DNA of 64,000 nucleotides from Heteronotia binoei (taxonomy: Eukaryota). Position numbers and translations under genes: made by a program. Shown here piece after piece: positions 41,901 to 56,900 of this stretch. Location: NCBI RefSeq assembly GCF_032191835.1, contig NC_083236.1, positions 27,466,001 through 27,530,000 on the forward strand, in the 5' to 3' direction. A model generated the notes under the pieces. It was not told where the DNA came from, made no database searches, and worked only from the letters and a program-made list of their open reading frames with translations. Position 1 is the first letter of the stretch; the number at the start of each line of letters is the position of its first letter.

Positions 41901-44900
41901 TTGCTTTTGTCCCCAACAGGGACCCAAAGTGATCTTTACGACATCATTCTTCCATTCTTGCATTTTTTTTATCCTCACATCAACAGCTCTGAGATAGCTC
42001 AGGCTGAGCAAGCATGCCTGGCCAAAGGGCCCAGAGAGCTTCTATGACAGAGGGGGGCGGATTCAGACCTGGATTTCCCAGATCCTAGTCCAACACTCTA
42101 ACTATTACACTGTACTGGCTGCAGAATATATTTACGCGTCTTTCCCCTGCCTTGGGAAACCATGGGGAATAGAGTTCTGCCGATGAGGAAAACCAGTGTG
42201 CCCGTGTTGCGTGCTGACCAACCTTTATTGCGGGCTGCCTGTTCCCACAGGATCTTGGTGATGTCACTGGTCCAGGCCTGCTTTGTCTCTGGGCTGCTGG
42301 CCTGCAGGATGTAAGTGTCGCTCGATTTCCGCCGCCTGAACCAGATCTCGAAGCGCAGGCCGCTTTCCCCTGAGTTCTCTGTAAGACCAATGTCTGCTGT
42401 CTGCAGGGAGGGAGAGGGGGAGCTCAGATCCCAGGTGCATGGAGGGAACCTGCTGGGTTGGCCATCCATGCAATTGGGAATGGGAGGATAAGGAAGAGGG
42501 AGGCAGGGGTCATGCTGCTGAAATGGGATGTAGGCACGTCCCATTTGTTAGTACTAAGTGTGAGCTGACTTGAAAAGAAGTTTAGCACAAAAATGCAAGA
42601 AGTTGCCTTATACTGAATCAGTCCATCAAGGGAAGTATTGTCTACTCAGGCTGGCAGCTGCTCTCCAGAGTCTCAGGCTGAGGTCTTTCACAGGATCTGC
42701 TACCTGATCATTAAGTGGAGATGCTGAGGATTGAACCTGGGAACTTCTACATGCCAAAAAGATGGGTCTACCACCACTGTGCCACGATCCTTGATCCTAA
42801 AACATTCGGCCTTGTTTAAGCTTGTTGGGTAAGGGGAGATTGTGTGATAACACCCTGAAATCTGGATTTATTGCCTCTCGTGTTTTTATTCTGTCTTTTC
42901 TGCAAAAAGTTCAGGGCAGCACACACAGGTCCCACCTCTTTCCTTTCAGGCTAGGCTGAAAGAGAATGACAGGCACATGGTCCCCCAGTGAGATTCCACA
43001 GCTGATGGAAGGTGTGACTGGACTGGCCAGCGTGAGTCACCAAGCCCAATGCAGCACTTTAGCCTCATGCGGTGGCCCACCAGAGGCCAAAGAACATCCT
43101 ATTTCACCACCTGCCTGAGACTGTTGAACAAAAGGGCAGGGAAACTCATGGCAGGCTGCACTGCAGGGCTCTGGAGTGTGTTAATCAACTGGGTGGGCCT
43201 GTCCTGACTAGTGAGCCAAGCCAGAATGTGTGAATGCAGTCCAGTCCTTGGTTATGCTGCTCCCTCCCCCCAAGAAGGCCCCCCCGCCAACCCCTAGGGT
43301 ATGAGCCCCGCCCAAGAGGCTGGCCTGATACAAAGCAGCAGAGGGAGGCTTGCCTTGAAGGAGCGCTTGTAGATGTAGACGTCGAGCCCTCCCTCGATCC
43401 TCTTGGGCTTGCTGAAGAGGATCAGGTCCTCAAAGAGGAAGACGTGGCGCTGGCACTTCCTGCGCCCCAGGGAGATGCTGAACTCATCCTGGCGCACCAG
43501 CTGCCCCTGCTCCTTGAGGTTCACCTAGGTGCAGAACAGGATTGGTTAGGCAGGAGGAGGGGCCCGCAGGGACCAGAGAAGTCACACAGTCCCCTGTGAG
43601 AAAAAGCAGCCCAACAGTTGCAGCCAGCCAAGGAAGAGGCAAGAGATGGAGAGACCAGAGAGAGGAAGGCAAGTAACACCCACAGCAGGGCAGCTTGTTT
43701 CTGTCAAGGCCTGGAACTGCTGGCCCTCAGAGTCCCAGCTGGATGAGTGGGCAACTGGCGGCTGCTCCTGTGAGGCCTGTCCTAGGTGGCTGGAAATACA
43801 TGGCCTGGCACATGTCGTGCACAAGTCACCATGTGAATCCTTTGCCCCCTAACAGGCTATAGGATGAGGTGAAGGGAGGCAGAGACCTCCAGTGGCAGAG
43901 CTTGGGGTGGCAGCCTCAACCACTGCTTGGCCCCGTTCTCATAATCACTGCTGCTTGCTCGCAACACGCCCCCCTCCATACACACCTGGAAGCCAGACAG
44001 GTGAGAGTTTGCAAAGCCCGACTGGATATGTGTAACATGCTGCTCTGTTTAAACATATCGGGGAGTTAGAAAGATGGGCACGGAAGGAGCACCAGCTCCA
44101 GAGGTGGATAGGGAGAGGAACGCAGGTAGAAAAGGTGGGAGAATAAACCTCCTATTAACATACAAACCAGAAGAGGAAGAGGGAAAAAAATATTCAGGAT
44201 ATACACACGTAAATTCTACTATTCAGAATAAATAGATTCTGATCAAGTTAAATATCCTAAAATGAACAAACAATATATCCATAGCCTACAAAATACAACC
44301 ATGAACCCCCACATCTTCCATGTTTATTAACGGCAATGTTTTGTAGGTTAGGAGTAGTTATTAAAACATAGTTCACTTGCTTAGTTAGATTCCATTTATT
44401 CTGAACATCGTATTTCATTTGCCTGTAGCAGCAGAAAAGAGCAAGAGTCCAGTAGTGCCTTAAAGACAAATATCATGAAAGCTCATGCCCTGCCACATCT
44501 TTTGCTAGTCCTGAAGGTGCTACCAGACTCATTTCATTTGTGCACACCTGGTATAAATCTTCTTCCTTCAATCTTTCCTGGAGGGGTTGCCAGTGGATGG
44601 TGTCCTCAAGCGACACCCCCTTGCTCAGCTCCCATCACCCCTCCCAGAGCTCCCAATCTAACAGGCCCCGAGAGACCTGGGAGCATCCTGAATCTTTGTA
44701 GGAGCTGCTTCTCACCCCCAGCCCCTCCTCTCCCCCCCACCCAGCCCTCGCCAGATGGGACATACGTCGCAATCCCGGATGGCGTCCATAGCCAGGAGGT
44801 CGTTGCCGTGTCGCAGCTGGAAGCGCACCATCTCCTCGGCAGCCCGCAGGTAGACCAGCTCCTGCTCCTGCGCCTCCCCACACTGCTTGATGAGGTCCTT

Positions 44901-47900
44901 CAGCAGGAGGGCGTACTTGCTCATGCGCTGGATTGGCTTCAGGAGGTAGGAAGCCAGGTCCATCTTGTCTCCCAGCTGCACCTGCTTGAACTGAGAGCCA
45001 AAGTCAGAGATGACTGCCGGGGGAGTGACAGGGACACTAAAGTGGGTCAGGAGCTAGATGAGCTGAGGGGTCCCAGCAACACTGCAGGGGACCCTTGGCC
45101 CGGCCAGCAGCAACCTGCTGCCAAGTGACAGCTGCAATGCTGCCCAGCTCGGTTTGCTCCTGGCAGCTAGGGGCCCTCCAGAGCAAGGCTCCACCTGGAA
45201 CTCTCCCAGGGGTTGAAGGGCCAGTCTACCCTGGTGGAGGACTGGATGAGCAGCAGTCACCAGATGGGTGAGTTTTTAGGATCACAAAGCACCATGGCGG
45301 CCAGAGCTGAAATCCAGACTGCAATTTATCTCTGGGCCTTGCATGCACTCTGCCCCGGGGAATGAGGCCCTCTCTTCAAAAGGGAAGAGAGTGGGGAAGT
45401 GCAGGCCTCCATTCTCAGGGCAGCTTTTTACCTTGAAGAAAGTGTTTCCGTGGCTAGCCAGGAGTGCGTCAGACTTGGGCTTGTTTTTGCTGTACAGCGC
45501 ATACATCCCAAACTGGTCTTTCTGCAGAAGGGTTAGAAATACAATCGCGGTCAGGCCATAGATTTCTCATTAGCTATGTACTAGAATCCCCTTGGTACAG
45601 TGATGGTGGGATATCCCAGTAACAGGGGCATGCTACAAATGAGAAACTGAAGCAAAGCATGGTATGGAGGTGCCCCTGTGCTGACTGCCAGAGGGCCCCA
45701 GGGGCTTTCTCTGTTTGCAAGGACTTTGCTGAGACTCTCCCCCCCGCCCACATCTCTTGGCTGATACCTGCTCAACTCTGCAGGATCAGTTTTCTTCACC
45801 AACATTGTGAAGAACTCTTCTCACTAACTTCTCATCACATTCACCTGGCCAGCAACAGACAGCCATATTGGAACAAAAGGGTTCAGGAAGACAGCCTGGC
45901 TTCTCGGCCCTGAGACTTAATCCATTTCAGACCTTCTACTGAGGTCCTCCCTTGGGCGTCCTCACCATCACAGTCAATGGAGGCAGGCTCCCTGTGACAG
46001 GGCTTTTTCTGTGGTGGCACCCTGACTGTTGATATGCCTTCCCATAGATGTCAGCCTTGTCTCTTCATGTTTTGGTTCCTGGTTAAGGCTTTTTGGTTTT
46101 ACCCAGGCTTTTGGTTAATTCTGTTTTATTTGTTCCTATCTGTTTAGTCCAGCATGTGCATGGAGGAGGCAAGGAAGGAAGTTGGAAAGATCCTCCTAGC
46201 TCACTAGCAGCAGCTCAGCATCACAGGGTTTTTATTTCTGAAGCCATCTAGGAAGCCTGAAGGAGCAAGACAGTGGTCCCTTTGAGGCTGCTCCTGCCCA
46301 TTCAGCTCCTCTCCCCTAATATCGATCCCCAGCCGCAGCTTACATGTCTCAGGAAGCAGTGGCTGACACGCAGAGGGTGGTTGCAGCAGCTCTCCAGCTC
46401 CCGTAGGAAGTATTGGCTGTGGAAGTCATAGAGCTTCTCCAGGTTCCCAAAAATGACACTTCGCTTCCCCCTCAGGTCCTGAGGCAGGTCCACGCGCTCC
46501 ATCTCGGGGAAGTAGCTCTCAATGATGTAGCGAAGGGACCGGACATACTCCTGCTCCGTTGTCACCATCTCATCGATGATGTGCCGCAGTTTGCTGCCCG
46601 GGAAATGGGAGGGGAAGGAGAGGGGGAAGCTGACAATTCTAAAGTGCAACACAGCCCAGTCAAAGACCACAGAGGGGTTGCTTCTGTTGTGTGGATGCAA
46701 ATACATCAAGCTCCTCAACAGCTTGGGAGGATGTGACAACAGAGCAAAGAATTCCCATGAAGAGGCGCATGTTACTGATTTCAGAGCATTGTTCGTAAAA
46801 GTATGTTTGCTGCTTTTGTTCAGCTGCTGCTTCTGCAATCAGCCAACACGCTCTATAGACACAAGCAGAAGCAGGTGGGCGTTCTGCAAGGTGGGTTTTG
46901 AGGCAGCCAACAAGGATTTTTCTGTGCCCCTCCCCAGCTAGCCCAAACAGCCCAACAATTAGCCATGTTGGCAGCAGAGGCATCATGTCTGTGTGTGTGC
47001 ACATGGCAGGGAGGGACCAGGTTGCCCGAGCACTGGCACCCAACAAGCCCCACGCCAGCCTCCCTGCTTCCTCTCTGTACCCGTGCCACTCCCTTCCTGG
47101 ACTAAGACCAGAAGGAGGAATCCAAGGGAAAGCCAGAGCCCCTCCCTCACAAGACAAGATCCATGTCCGTTGGTTGCTGTGTGGAAGACAAGCGACAGGC
47201 AGACCCGCTTTTTGGGCTCCTTTCTGGCCTGCCCTTGCCCAACTAGACCAGACTCTGCCTGCCCACCATCCTATATATTCCTGTCTCGTGGTACATGGAG
47301 AATATGGTATGGGTTAAGGAAGGAGGATGATTCCCCTGCTTGACAAAATGGCCTTTCCCCAAAATTCCACTTCTTCCCTCATCTTGTCGGCGTACACCCA
47401 CCACACAGCAGTGAATGACACCTGAAATTTGGGATGCTTCCACACTGTAAACATCCACTGCTCTTATTCCACTTGAACGGTCATGCAGAGCTGAATTTGC
47501 ACACAGGCTAAGCTACAGTCTAGGGCCTCAGACTACGAGGGTCCTCTGAATATAAATAAATGAATATCACCACTAAATTACCACCTGGGGGGGGGTAATG
47601 CTATGGGGCCTCCTAAATCGGACATAGGACAGCAGTACTCAGGAAGAGCCACCTTCACAATTATCATTAGTCCAATGAAACACATGACCTTCCATCCCTG
47701 GCATGGGGCCTGCTCCTCAGGGAAGTCTGCAGTTTAGCCGTGCCTCTGGCAGCAGCTGTTTCAAGGCAGGAACAACCCTGCTGACCACAAACCCCACTGG
47801 CCTTGACCACTCCCCTGAAACATGGAGCGGGTGACACACTGGGGAACAGCACTCAGCTGAGCCACAGGCAGCATGCCAAAGAGCGACATGTGGCTCCTGA

Positions 47901-50900
47901 GCCACTCAGTGAGTATCATCAGTCTAAGGCCCCAGCGTCTCATCATCCATAACAACACTCAATTTGTAGATTATGGAGAATTCTGTTACATCTCTAGCAC
48001 ACAAATCTCTAACTCTGCCTCCTCCTTCAGTTCCCCAGGGAAGGGATGGTCAAACCGCATTTCAGTCCGCAGCCGGGCTAAGCCCACAACTCACAGGGGG
48101 TGTCCCTAGCCCTCAGCATACCTGCCCCAGCTCCTGGCCTCTGGCCCAGATGCGCTGCTCCTCCGCTCTTCTTGCATGCAGCCTGCAATCCAGTTGGTAG
48201 GGCTGAGGTGCTGCCGGGACGCACTGGCCCGGTCCACCAGCTCGGTGCTGCTGACTTCCAGCCCTTTGATGAAGACCCCCGTGTTGCCATAGCGGGCCGG
48301 CTCGCTCAGAGTCCGCTGGCAGCTGGAACGCAGGCTCTCGGTGCAGGCCAGTTCAAAACTCTGGGCCTTCCTCAGGATCCTTTTGGGAAATGGCTGCCTC
48401 GAGGCTGGGGTGGAAGGGCAGGAAGGCGATGCATCCAGGGCTTCCGCAATGCTCTCGAGGGTCGACTTCTCGTCCCGTGCACAGTGGGGAGGCTTGGGAG
48501 CCTCTAGAGCGCTCCTACTGGAGGTGGGAGCAGCAGCTTGCAGGACAACCCGTTCCCCAGCTCCAGCGCCCTCTCGCAGGCCCACTGCATTCTCCCTGGC
48601 CCCTCCAGAAGGCTGCCTGGGCCTTCCCTGGCAGTGAGACGCACTTGAAGCCACACCAGCAACCAGCCTCTGAGCAGCCCCCTCAGAGGGCAGCCTGCCC
48701 TCCTGGCCGGGTAAGCCCCACTCTCCCTCTGGACACAGAGACCTCTTGGTCCTCAGGGCAGCTTCGAGCTTCATCTCGAAGGCCAGTTTCGTCTCCTGGC
48801 ACTTGGACCATGCAAACTGCCACTGCTTCAGGCCGTTGCTGCTCCGCAGCTGACAGGCCAGCTCCTTCGCCTCCTGGAACCTGGCCTCGCCGATTTCCGA
48901 GTGTTGCTCCTTGTAGCTCTCCAGGCACTTGAGGGCCGCCGAGCAGTGCTCCCGGGAGCTGCAGTCCTCCATGCTGATGCTGGCGAGCTGGCGCATCCCT
49001 TCCAGTGCCCACTCGTACGCCTGCGGGGGGAAGGGAGGTGGAACAAAGAGAGTTTAGCTGGTGAAAACACAGAAATGCTATTTGGCATCCAAAGCAGGGG
49101 AGGGGGAGGGAGAGGCCTAGCAGAATGTAAGGGGGAGGTTGAGGGCCAAAACAAGTGTCTCTCTATCTGTGGCTTCAGCTGTGCCAGGCCCTGTCATCAG
49201 TCTGAATGCCAGCCAAGCCAGCCCGGGATCTGCTCACTTCTCTGCCAGGCCACAACGGAGGCAGCAGCTTGGTCTTCTAAGGGTTTCCCCCGGGGAAGAG
49301 CAATAGACTGAAGCTTTGCTCGGAGCAGCCTGAGAAACGCAGCCCTGCTCATCATCACCTTCGTGCAGGTCGTCGTCTCTCTCTGAGCCCCTGATTCTGC
49401 CCTGCCACTCCGTGCAGCCCTTGAAACATTTGCAGTGGCTGCTGCCACGCCAACTCCACGTTCCCAAGTATTGCGTGGCCCCTCCCAACACTTCAGGTGA
49501 GTGACATGGAAGGGGGGGAGGTCATGTTGATGGCGATACCTGGACATGCATGAAGATACGGGCACAGATGGCAGGCTGGTCTTCCAGCCTGGCTGCTACG
49601 TTCAGGGCCTTCCGGGGTGATCATGTAACCCCCTTCTGGGGGAAGGCCTCCCTATGGCTGCTCTTTACACCTGTTGTCACTTCCTCGTCTGTGTGCGATG
49701 TCTTGCACAATAACTGGAACATGGGTTTCTGTGTGCGCATGTCCCTAAGGTATAAGCAGTGTCCAACAGCTAGGTGAGAACGTTGTCCAACTGCCCCTTC
49801 TGAGTGTCTGAGGATTAGGATTAGCCTGAACTGCAATCCCTGCCTCCAAGTATTTACATCTGCCTTGCCCAGATGTGAGCCAGGGGTTGCACACCATGGG
49901 TAGTAGGCAGACAGTCCAGATCCTCTTGGGAAGCAGCAAAAAGAGGGCAAGCTTTGTCCCAGAGTGGGCTCCTCCCAGCCATGACCTTCCCAGATGCCTC
50001 AGAAGAGAATAGGGTAGGCCTCTGCCTGTCTTTCTGTTTCCCAGAGATAAGAAGATAGATTCAAGGGAAACGAGGAATGCCACAAAGCAGGACAGGGGTA
50101 TTGGGCTCATCTACATGTTTTGAAAATAACAGAAAACCTTGGAAAATGCTTTGATTACAATATGATGTCCACACAAACGTTGTTCCTCTCACGAGGGTAC
50201 AACACTAGCCCCTCAAGATTCTCTCTTTTCATGGTCCTAAATTGCGCATTTGCAAACATTAAGTATAGGTGCAGAAGCACATTCCTCCTCATCCCCTGAC
50301 TGTCTTGACCCTGCCATTACTACCAGTTTGGGTTTTTTTAAGATCCCAGATTATGTGTCAACCAAGCAGCCGAGTCCCATCTAGCTCAGGGTCACTGCTA
50401 ATCAAAGGCACTTCCCTGGCAGAGATGTGGTGAGCTTCCAAACTAAAGGGAAACCTGCTTTCCCGGGATGCTGCCGGGTTCACTCGACTCAGGCCACAGC
50501 AATTACAGGCATGTCAGCTCGCCCTGATGGGTTTCCCTACCCACACTGCCATCATTTCTGCACCTTGGGCCAAGCAGACCCTATGGCACCAATCAAAGAC
50601 TGCAGGAGCCACTCAGCTCAGCTTCCTCCAGGGCTGTGTTGATGTCTCAGTCTGCCCCTGATCCAGCGTAAGGAAAGTCAGGGGGCAGATGTAGGAAGAA
50701 GGCAAGGCATGCCTCCTTTAGCACTATGCCAAGGACAACAATGGGGTTTTCACAGGCACAGAACCACAGTAGCCCTGGGTGGTGCCATTCAGCTGCAGGC
50801 CTACCTAATGCCCCGGAGGCTATCCTCAGGAACTTGATGCACAGAGGTTAGGATGGATGCCCTCACTTCCACCCCACCGCAACATGCAATGGCATCAAAG

Positions 50901-53900
50901 CATGCAGACTCCTTTCTGCTGTGTTTTGGCTAAGGGAATTCGGGCCTGAACAATCCCAGCCTGGTTCCCACTGGCCTGAGGTTCTCATGCAGCATGGATC
51001 AGATACACAGAGAATGCCGGTGTAAATAAATGTGTGGGCCTGGTCTCTAGTGAGGCACTCAGTAACAGAGCCCGGGGTGGGGGGGGAGGAAACTGTTTGG
51101 GAAATGCAAGCACCAGCTGGCAGTTACTAAGGTGCCAGCCAAGTCTGAGTCAACTGAGCATCCTCCTTGGGCTCTTTGTAAAAGGTTCCCTGTGCCTGTT
51201 TGCTTTGCTGCATCAGCTCCTTGAAGAAGAGGCCGGGAGAAGACATACCCTACACAAGCGACACAATGACACACAGCAGGTGGTAAGAAGTGTCTCCAAC
51301 GCGAGGCACAAAAAGCTTCAAAATCTCCCTATTTTCTTGGGATGCACAGGGACTTCTCACAGGAGTCTTACCGAAGACTGCAAAATTCAGGGGGGTGGGG
51401 CAGAAGAGAGGAGCAGATGCCCAGCGCCTGGCACCTCCTCCCCTTCCCTCCTGGTCCTCCTTTGTGCTCAGCGCCCAGCCTCCCTCATTGCACATGCAAA
51501 GAAGTTGGAACCATTTGCAAGCACAGGCTGCATCTGTGACTCTGGCAGACCCTGGAGTGGTAGCAGCAACCCCCGCCTCACTCCATTCCCAACCTCAGAC
51601 AGACACATGAGGAGTTCCCCCCTCCCTGCCACCATCCATCAAATGAGTTCAGACAAGCATGAATCCTGAACCCACCCGCCAGAAATGGGGGGGGGGGGCG
51701 GGGACTCAATCTCTAACACTGTTCCAGAAAACCAGGGAGCTTTTGGGGGGGGAGGGAGGGTCTTCTTCGACTGACTTAAGATAGTACAGTCTGAATGAGG
51801 GCAAAGCACACAGCTAGTCACTGGGTTCTCACGAAAGGGAACTCAGTTTGCATGCATAATGCTTGAGAACCAGTGCGGTGTAGTGGTTAGAGTGTCAGAC
51901 TAGGATCTGGGAGACCCAGGTTCAAATCCTCACTCTGCCAAAGAAACTGGCTGGGTGACGTGAGGCCAATCACTTGCTCTCAGCCTAACCTAATCCTTAG
52001 AGAGTTGTTGTGAGGCTAAAATGGAGGAGAGGGGAACGATGTTTGGGAGAAAGGCAGGTTATGAATGAAATAAAATAAATAAAAATAAATCTCCATTTAA
52101 GGTTTCAAGGAGCAGGGCTGGAAAAAACTTCTGCAGCCTCAAATTCTCAAGGCTAGGAGCAGACCATGTGAACCACTGCATAGAATAAGTATAAAGCCAG
52201 CTCCTCATAAAAAGCCTGTAGAGCCAAGCTCTAACTGCACATAATATATAGTTTAGAATTTGGGCCCTGGGTATTCCAGATCCACCAGTTTCTAGCATTC
52301 ACAGCTGAAGAAGAGAGGAACATCTGGTCTTTATATCCTGCTTTCCTCCACCTTAAGGAGTCTCAAAGCGCCTTACAAATTGCCTTCCCTTCCTCTCCTC
52401 ACAATAAACACCTTGAGAGGCAGGTGGGGGCTGAGAGGGTTCTGAGAGAAGTGGGACTGGCCTGAAGTCACCAAGCTGGCTTCATGTGGAGGAGGAGGAG
52501 GAGGAGGAGGGAATCAAACGCAGACCTTGAGATTAGAGTCCACTGCTCTTAAATGCTCCAGTACCCTGGCGCTCTTACACCATGCTGTATGGATACCAGT
52601 GCTGGAAACTATCAGTGCCACAGGACCCTACTGCATGAAATGTGGAAAATCTGTGGTTGGATCTCAAAATGTCCTTAATTTTATAGAGAAGCCAGCTGCT
52701 CCCTAAATTGAATTGGAGCCACCATGCTGGAGGGAGGAATGGTGAACCCAGACCCCCTGCCCCCACCCCATGCAGTTTTCTTGATCGAAGCCCTCCCGAA
52801 ACTATTTGCCCTAGTAGGAAATATACAGGTACTTATATGTTTCTCCCCCAGGAGGACAAATGTCAACTTTTAATTGTAGGGAGAGAAGATTTAGATGACA
52901 GAAAAGATCTGGAAGTTGTTTGAGGACAGGTCTCTTTTTGTGCTGCACAGCTCCTGTTCATCCCCACCCTGCCCCCATTATGAATTGTCTTCTTTTCCCT
53001 CTGCCGTAACAGAGCTTGCTTACGGTTTTCAAAATGTTACAAAAGGCAGATCTACAAGGATTTCCCTTTGTGGAAGCACTGAAGCTGGCCAGCTTAAAAG
53101 GCCGATGAAGAGTCTGGACTTGTTCAAGCCAATCCAGGGGCGTGCACCTCCTCCCAAGACATGGTGGCTCTATGCCAGAAAGGAGCATGGAAAGATGCTA
53201 ATGTGGACGATCTCGCCATACCTCCCGCCGGCCTCTTTAGGCCTGCAACAGGCTAGTTAACAGCCAGCTTTTGTCTCCGGGAGCACAATGTGTCTAACTT
53301 TCTGCTCTCTTGGGAGTTTGCCTGGGTAGACTCTGCAACCAGCAGCTCCTGAGTATTTGCTGGATCACATCCGTAGCACAGCCAAGTTTTTCTGCTCCTT
53401 TTCTTGTTCAGCTGCCACAATCCCTCCAAGCTCAGACTCAGCTAGTGTGCAAGGTTGAGATTTCCTAAGGGGCAAGCAGATTTTGCTCCAGGAAATATTT
53501 CAAGCTGGCCAGGGAATCCTGAAATCGAGTTAAAGCCTAGGAGACTAGATCCAGGGAGACCACAGGAGGGAAATGCTATCCAAAATGGTCCCTCTGGGTC
53601 TTCCTCACCACTAGGGGGCATTCTTCCTCCACAGTGCTCTAGAAGCAAACCTTGTGCACTGAAAGAATGTGGAGCTATTGGGGGCTGGGGGCTTCTAAGC
53701 TGATAAATCAGGCAGGCACTGTCTAAAGCAAACCTGCTTCTCCTACTACCCCCCCCCCCTTGATTAAGTGGCACATTTGTAAATCAGCAACCTTGAGTTG
53801 CTAATGGGAGCTCAAGAAACAGAAAGCTCAGAGTACTATCATCTCAGTTTGCCAAAGCTCAAAATTGGAGCCCAAAAACCAGCCAGTGACAGATCTTTGC

Positions 53901-56900
53901 AACTTGGTTCAACCCTGGACTTGTTCGCTGCCCCCTTTAAGATCACCAGTTACGGCTGTTCAGCTGCAGCCGACAAGGAGGTCTCTCATTGTGAGCTAGA
54001 AATCAGATCTTGGGCCTTCCACGCCTGGGCCAAACTCATCTGCACAGAGATGTCCCTGCTCCCCATCAGCTCTGCTTGTGTGAGGAATGCCTTCCAGATG
54101 CCGGAGGGCTGCCTGCCTGCCACCATCCCTCGCTACTAACACCCAGACAGAAAGAAACTCTGCAGCCCCTCAAAAACACAACCTGAATGCCGCAAAGGAA
54201 ATCAGCTTAAGCAGCATACCTTCATGCTTCTGCCAAGAGGGTCCATAGCGCAGGGCAAGCGTCGAGCCCCCAAGGCTGCTGTGCCTCATCCTTTGCGGCC
54301 AAGCCTGAAGGCCTGAGCAACCAATGAGGGGAGCCCCCTGCACACACAAGCACTGCCAGTCGAAATACCAGATGGACTGTCCCTGGTAACTGGAAGAAAG
54401 AAGGGGAGGCTGGGGGAAGGGCTGGAGCCAGCCCGAGAGGACCCAGCCAGCCTCCCTTGTGCATTCCGCCACACAGCACTGCTCCTCGCCAAAGAGTGCA
54501 ACTTCTGCTCTCACAATAGACACACATGCATGCACACTACCAAAGGCTGCCTAAGTCTCTCGCAAGCACAAGGACCTCCTTGCATGCCCACTCAGTCTTC
54601 ACAAGCTCACTGCTAAGAGGAAATGCCTGCCAGTTTATTCTAAATCTCACAGCACACAGGAGAATGGGAAGAATAGCAACTGAGGTATCCCCCCTTGGAT
54701 CCTCACTGGCTCACCAGTTATGTGTGTCAGGGACAGCAGTTAAGAATGCTGGACTGAGAAACGGCAGACCGGGATTCAAGTCCTTCCCCCCTCTACCATG
54801 GAAGCTTGCTGAGCGGCCCTAGGCCAGTCATTTTTCCCTCATTCTTCCTCACAGGAGTGTTGTTGTGAGGATAAAATGGAGGAGGGGGAAATGATGTTGC
54901 AAGCCCCTTTGGGTCCCCACTGAAGAGAACAGCTGGGTCGAAATATCTAAATGCTCCCCCAAACCATCAATTCCTAACACAAGCCGAACTGCCTTGCCAA
55001 CAAAACAAGCTCCTGCTTTTGTACAGATGATACTGTGAGCCTCAGCCGGTTTTCAGACTGACGTGAGCTGTGCTTCCAAGAAGCACAAAGGCTGAAGGTG
55101 GGGGGGGGGGAGACCTCAGAGCCTGAGGGAGGGGGAGGGGAAGAAAAGCAGCCCAGCCCTGGAGCCAGGGCCACTGAACTCTGGGAAAACTTCTCAGCCC
55201 CCAAACCCTAATTATGCCAAAGTGTTAAGTGTTCACTCTGCAAAAAAAGAAAGCAAGTTGCTCCCGACACCTTCACTGTGAAACGCCTTGTGGAAAGGGC
55301 TTTGCATGGGGAACTTTTTTAGGAACTTTATTTTTGGCTTAGCAGAAGCTTTAAAGGTGAAGCAAGGTTGTGAGGGGGGAAATACCAATGGTTCAAGCCT
55401 GGCCTTGTTTTGGGACTTAGAAGTTCTGCCAAGTTCATGTGTGTGTAATGTACTCCACAGGTTCGTTGTTGCAAGGATAAAGAGGAGGAAAAAACCACAT
55501 ACCCTGCCCTAAGCTCCTCAGAGGAAGGTAAGACAAAAATGATAGATAAGAGGCATGCAGCATTCTCTAACCAGGAGGGAAGGCCCTGCTCCACCCCTCC
55601 ACCACAGATCTCACCTGGTCAAAGAATTCATAGAGTTTGGCAGTCTGGTTGATCCGGCTCCTGTTGGCCTCCAGTTGGCTGCAGAATCCCTGCAGCTGGT
55701 TCCTCCACATCTGCAGTTTGACTCCATACGCTGCATGCAGCTCCGTCGAAGAAAAGTCTTCCCACCTGCCCATCTTCTGCAAAGCTTCTCGTCCCCTTTG
55801 GCAGTATTCCTGAAAGCAAAGCTGATTGGTGAGGAAAGACCACTGCAAAAGCACACTGATCTTTGGTGTGCTGCAGAGATCCAGTGAAGGATGATGTCTT
55901 TTTCAGCAGGGCAGCCAGCCCTGACAGTGTGCCATTGAGGCAGGTCTGTGGCTTGCCCCCTTGCAGAAAACTTACGGAACCCAGGCTGAGACACCAGTGG
56001 TGGAGCTCAACTCTATAACTGCATGTTATGTTTACCTCACACTGTCTTTGAGTCTGCACGAACCGATGTGTGTAGTGAGTTCTGTGTGGAGAACTTATTT
56101 CTCAAGCATTTATGTGCGCCATGGATTGGGACTGTGTCATGTTGGGAGAGGAGCTGCCTTCATACCATTTTCCCAGCTGGAAGGCTCTATTTGCCCTGTT
56201 GGGGGGCTCCACAGGTGATGCAGTACATCTCTGTTTCCCCAAAAGGACAAACAGCACCCCTGGGCAGTTTCAGGCCCCCTCTCTATGCATGCTGCAGTTC
56301 TGGTCCAAATCAGACCTGTCCATGCCTGAGAATTAAGTTCCCAGCCTGGAACTCGTAGCACACATCTGACCACATGGACCTAGGGAAGTCTGAAGAGGAC
56401 ACAAGGAAAACTCATTGCACTGTTAGGCCCTTAGAACAGGGCTTTTGTATAAAGAAGGAAGAGACAAGCTTGAATACATCACTTGTTAAAGTCACTAGCT
56501 TCACTTTATTGTTAGCCTCCTGTCTCAGCTCTGAAATCTGAATGTGAGGTGTTTGTGAGGTCAGAACTGTCAACCCTCAACAAATCAAGGTGGGTGGGTG
56601 TCATGAATATACTCTGAAAAGGTGAGAGTTTTCACCAGGAGGAAGGGAGTCAGCAGAAGCTCAAGACAGCACAACAATAAAGGAACCTTCCCAGCCACAT
56701 CTCTGCCACCTCTCCCAACAGGCAGCCCAGCCGAGAATGGGCCAGCGAGGCAGAATATGAGGCTTGCAGCAAGTGCTGGGAAGATGCACTGACCTGGCTG
56801 GAAATCTGTTCTAACAGAGCATTCATTCTCACTCTACCCTGGTGATGGCAGCACTCTCCTAGGGTCTGTCTAAGGTTTTAATCCCAGCCAACCCAATCTC

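Noticed and set aside
44475-45128. 217-aa + strand ORF, and similar ORFs at 43234..43599 and 48390..48932
   Set aside because: Antisense shadows of PLEKHG4 exons plus flanking repeats.
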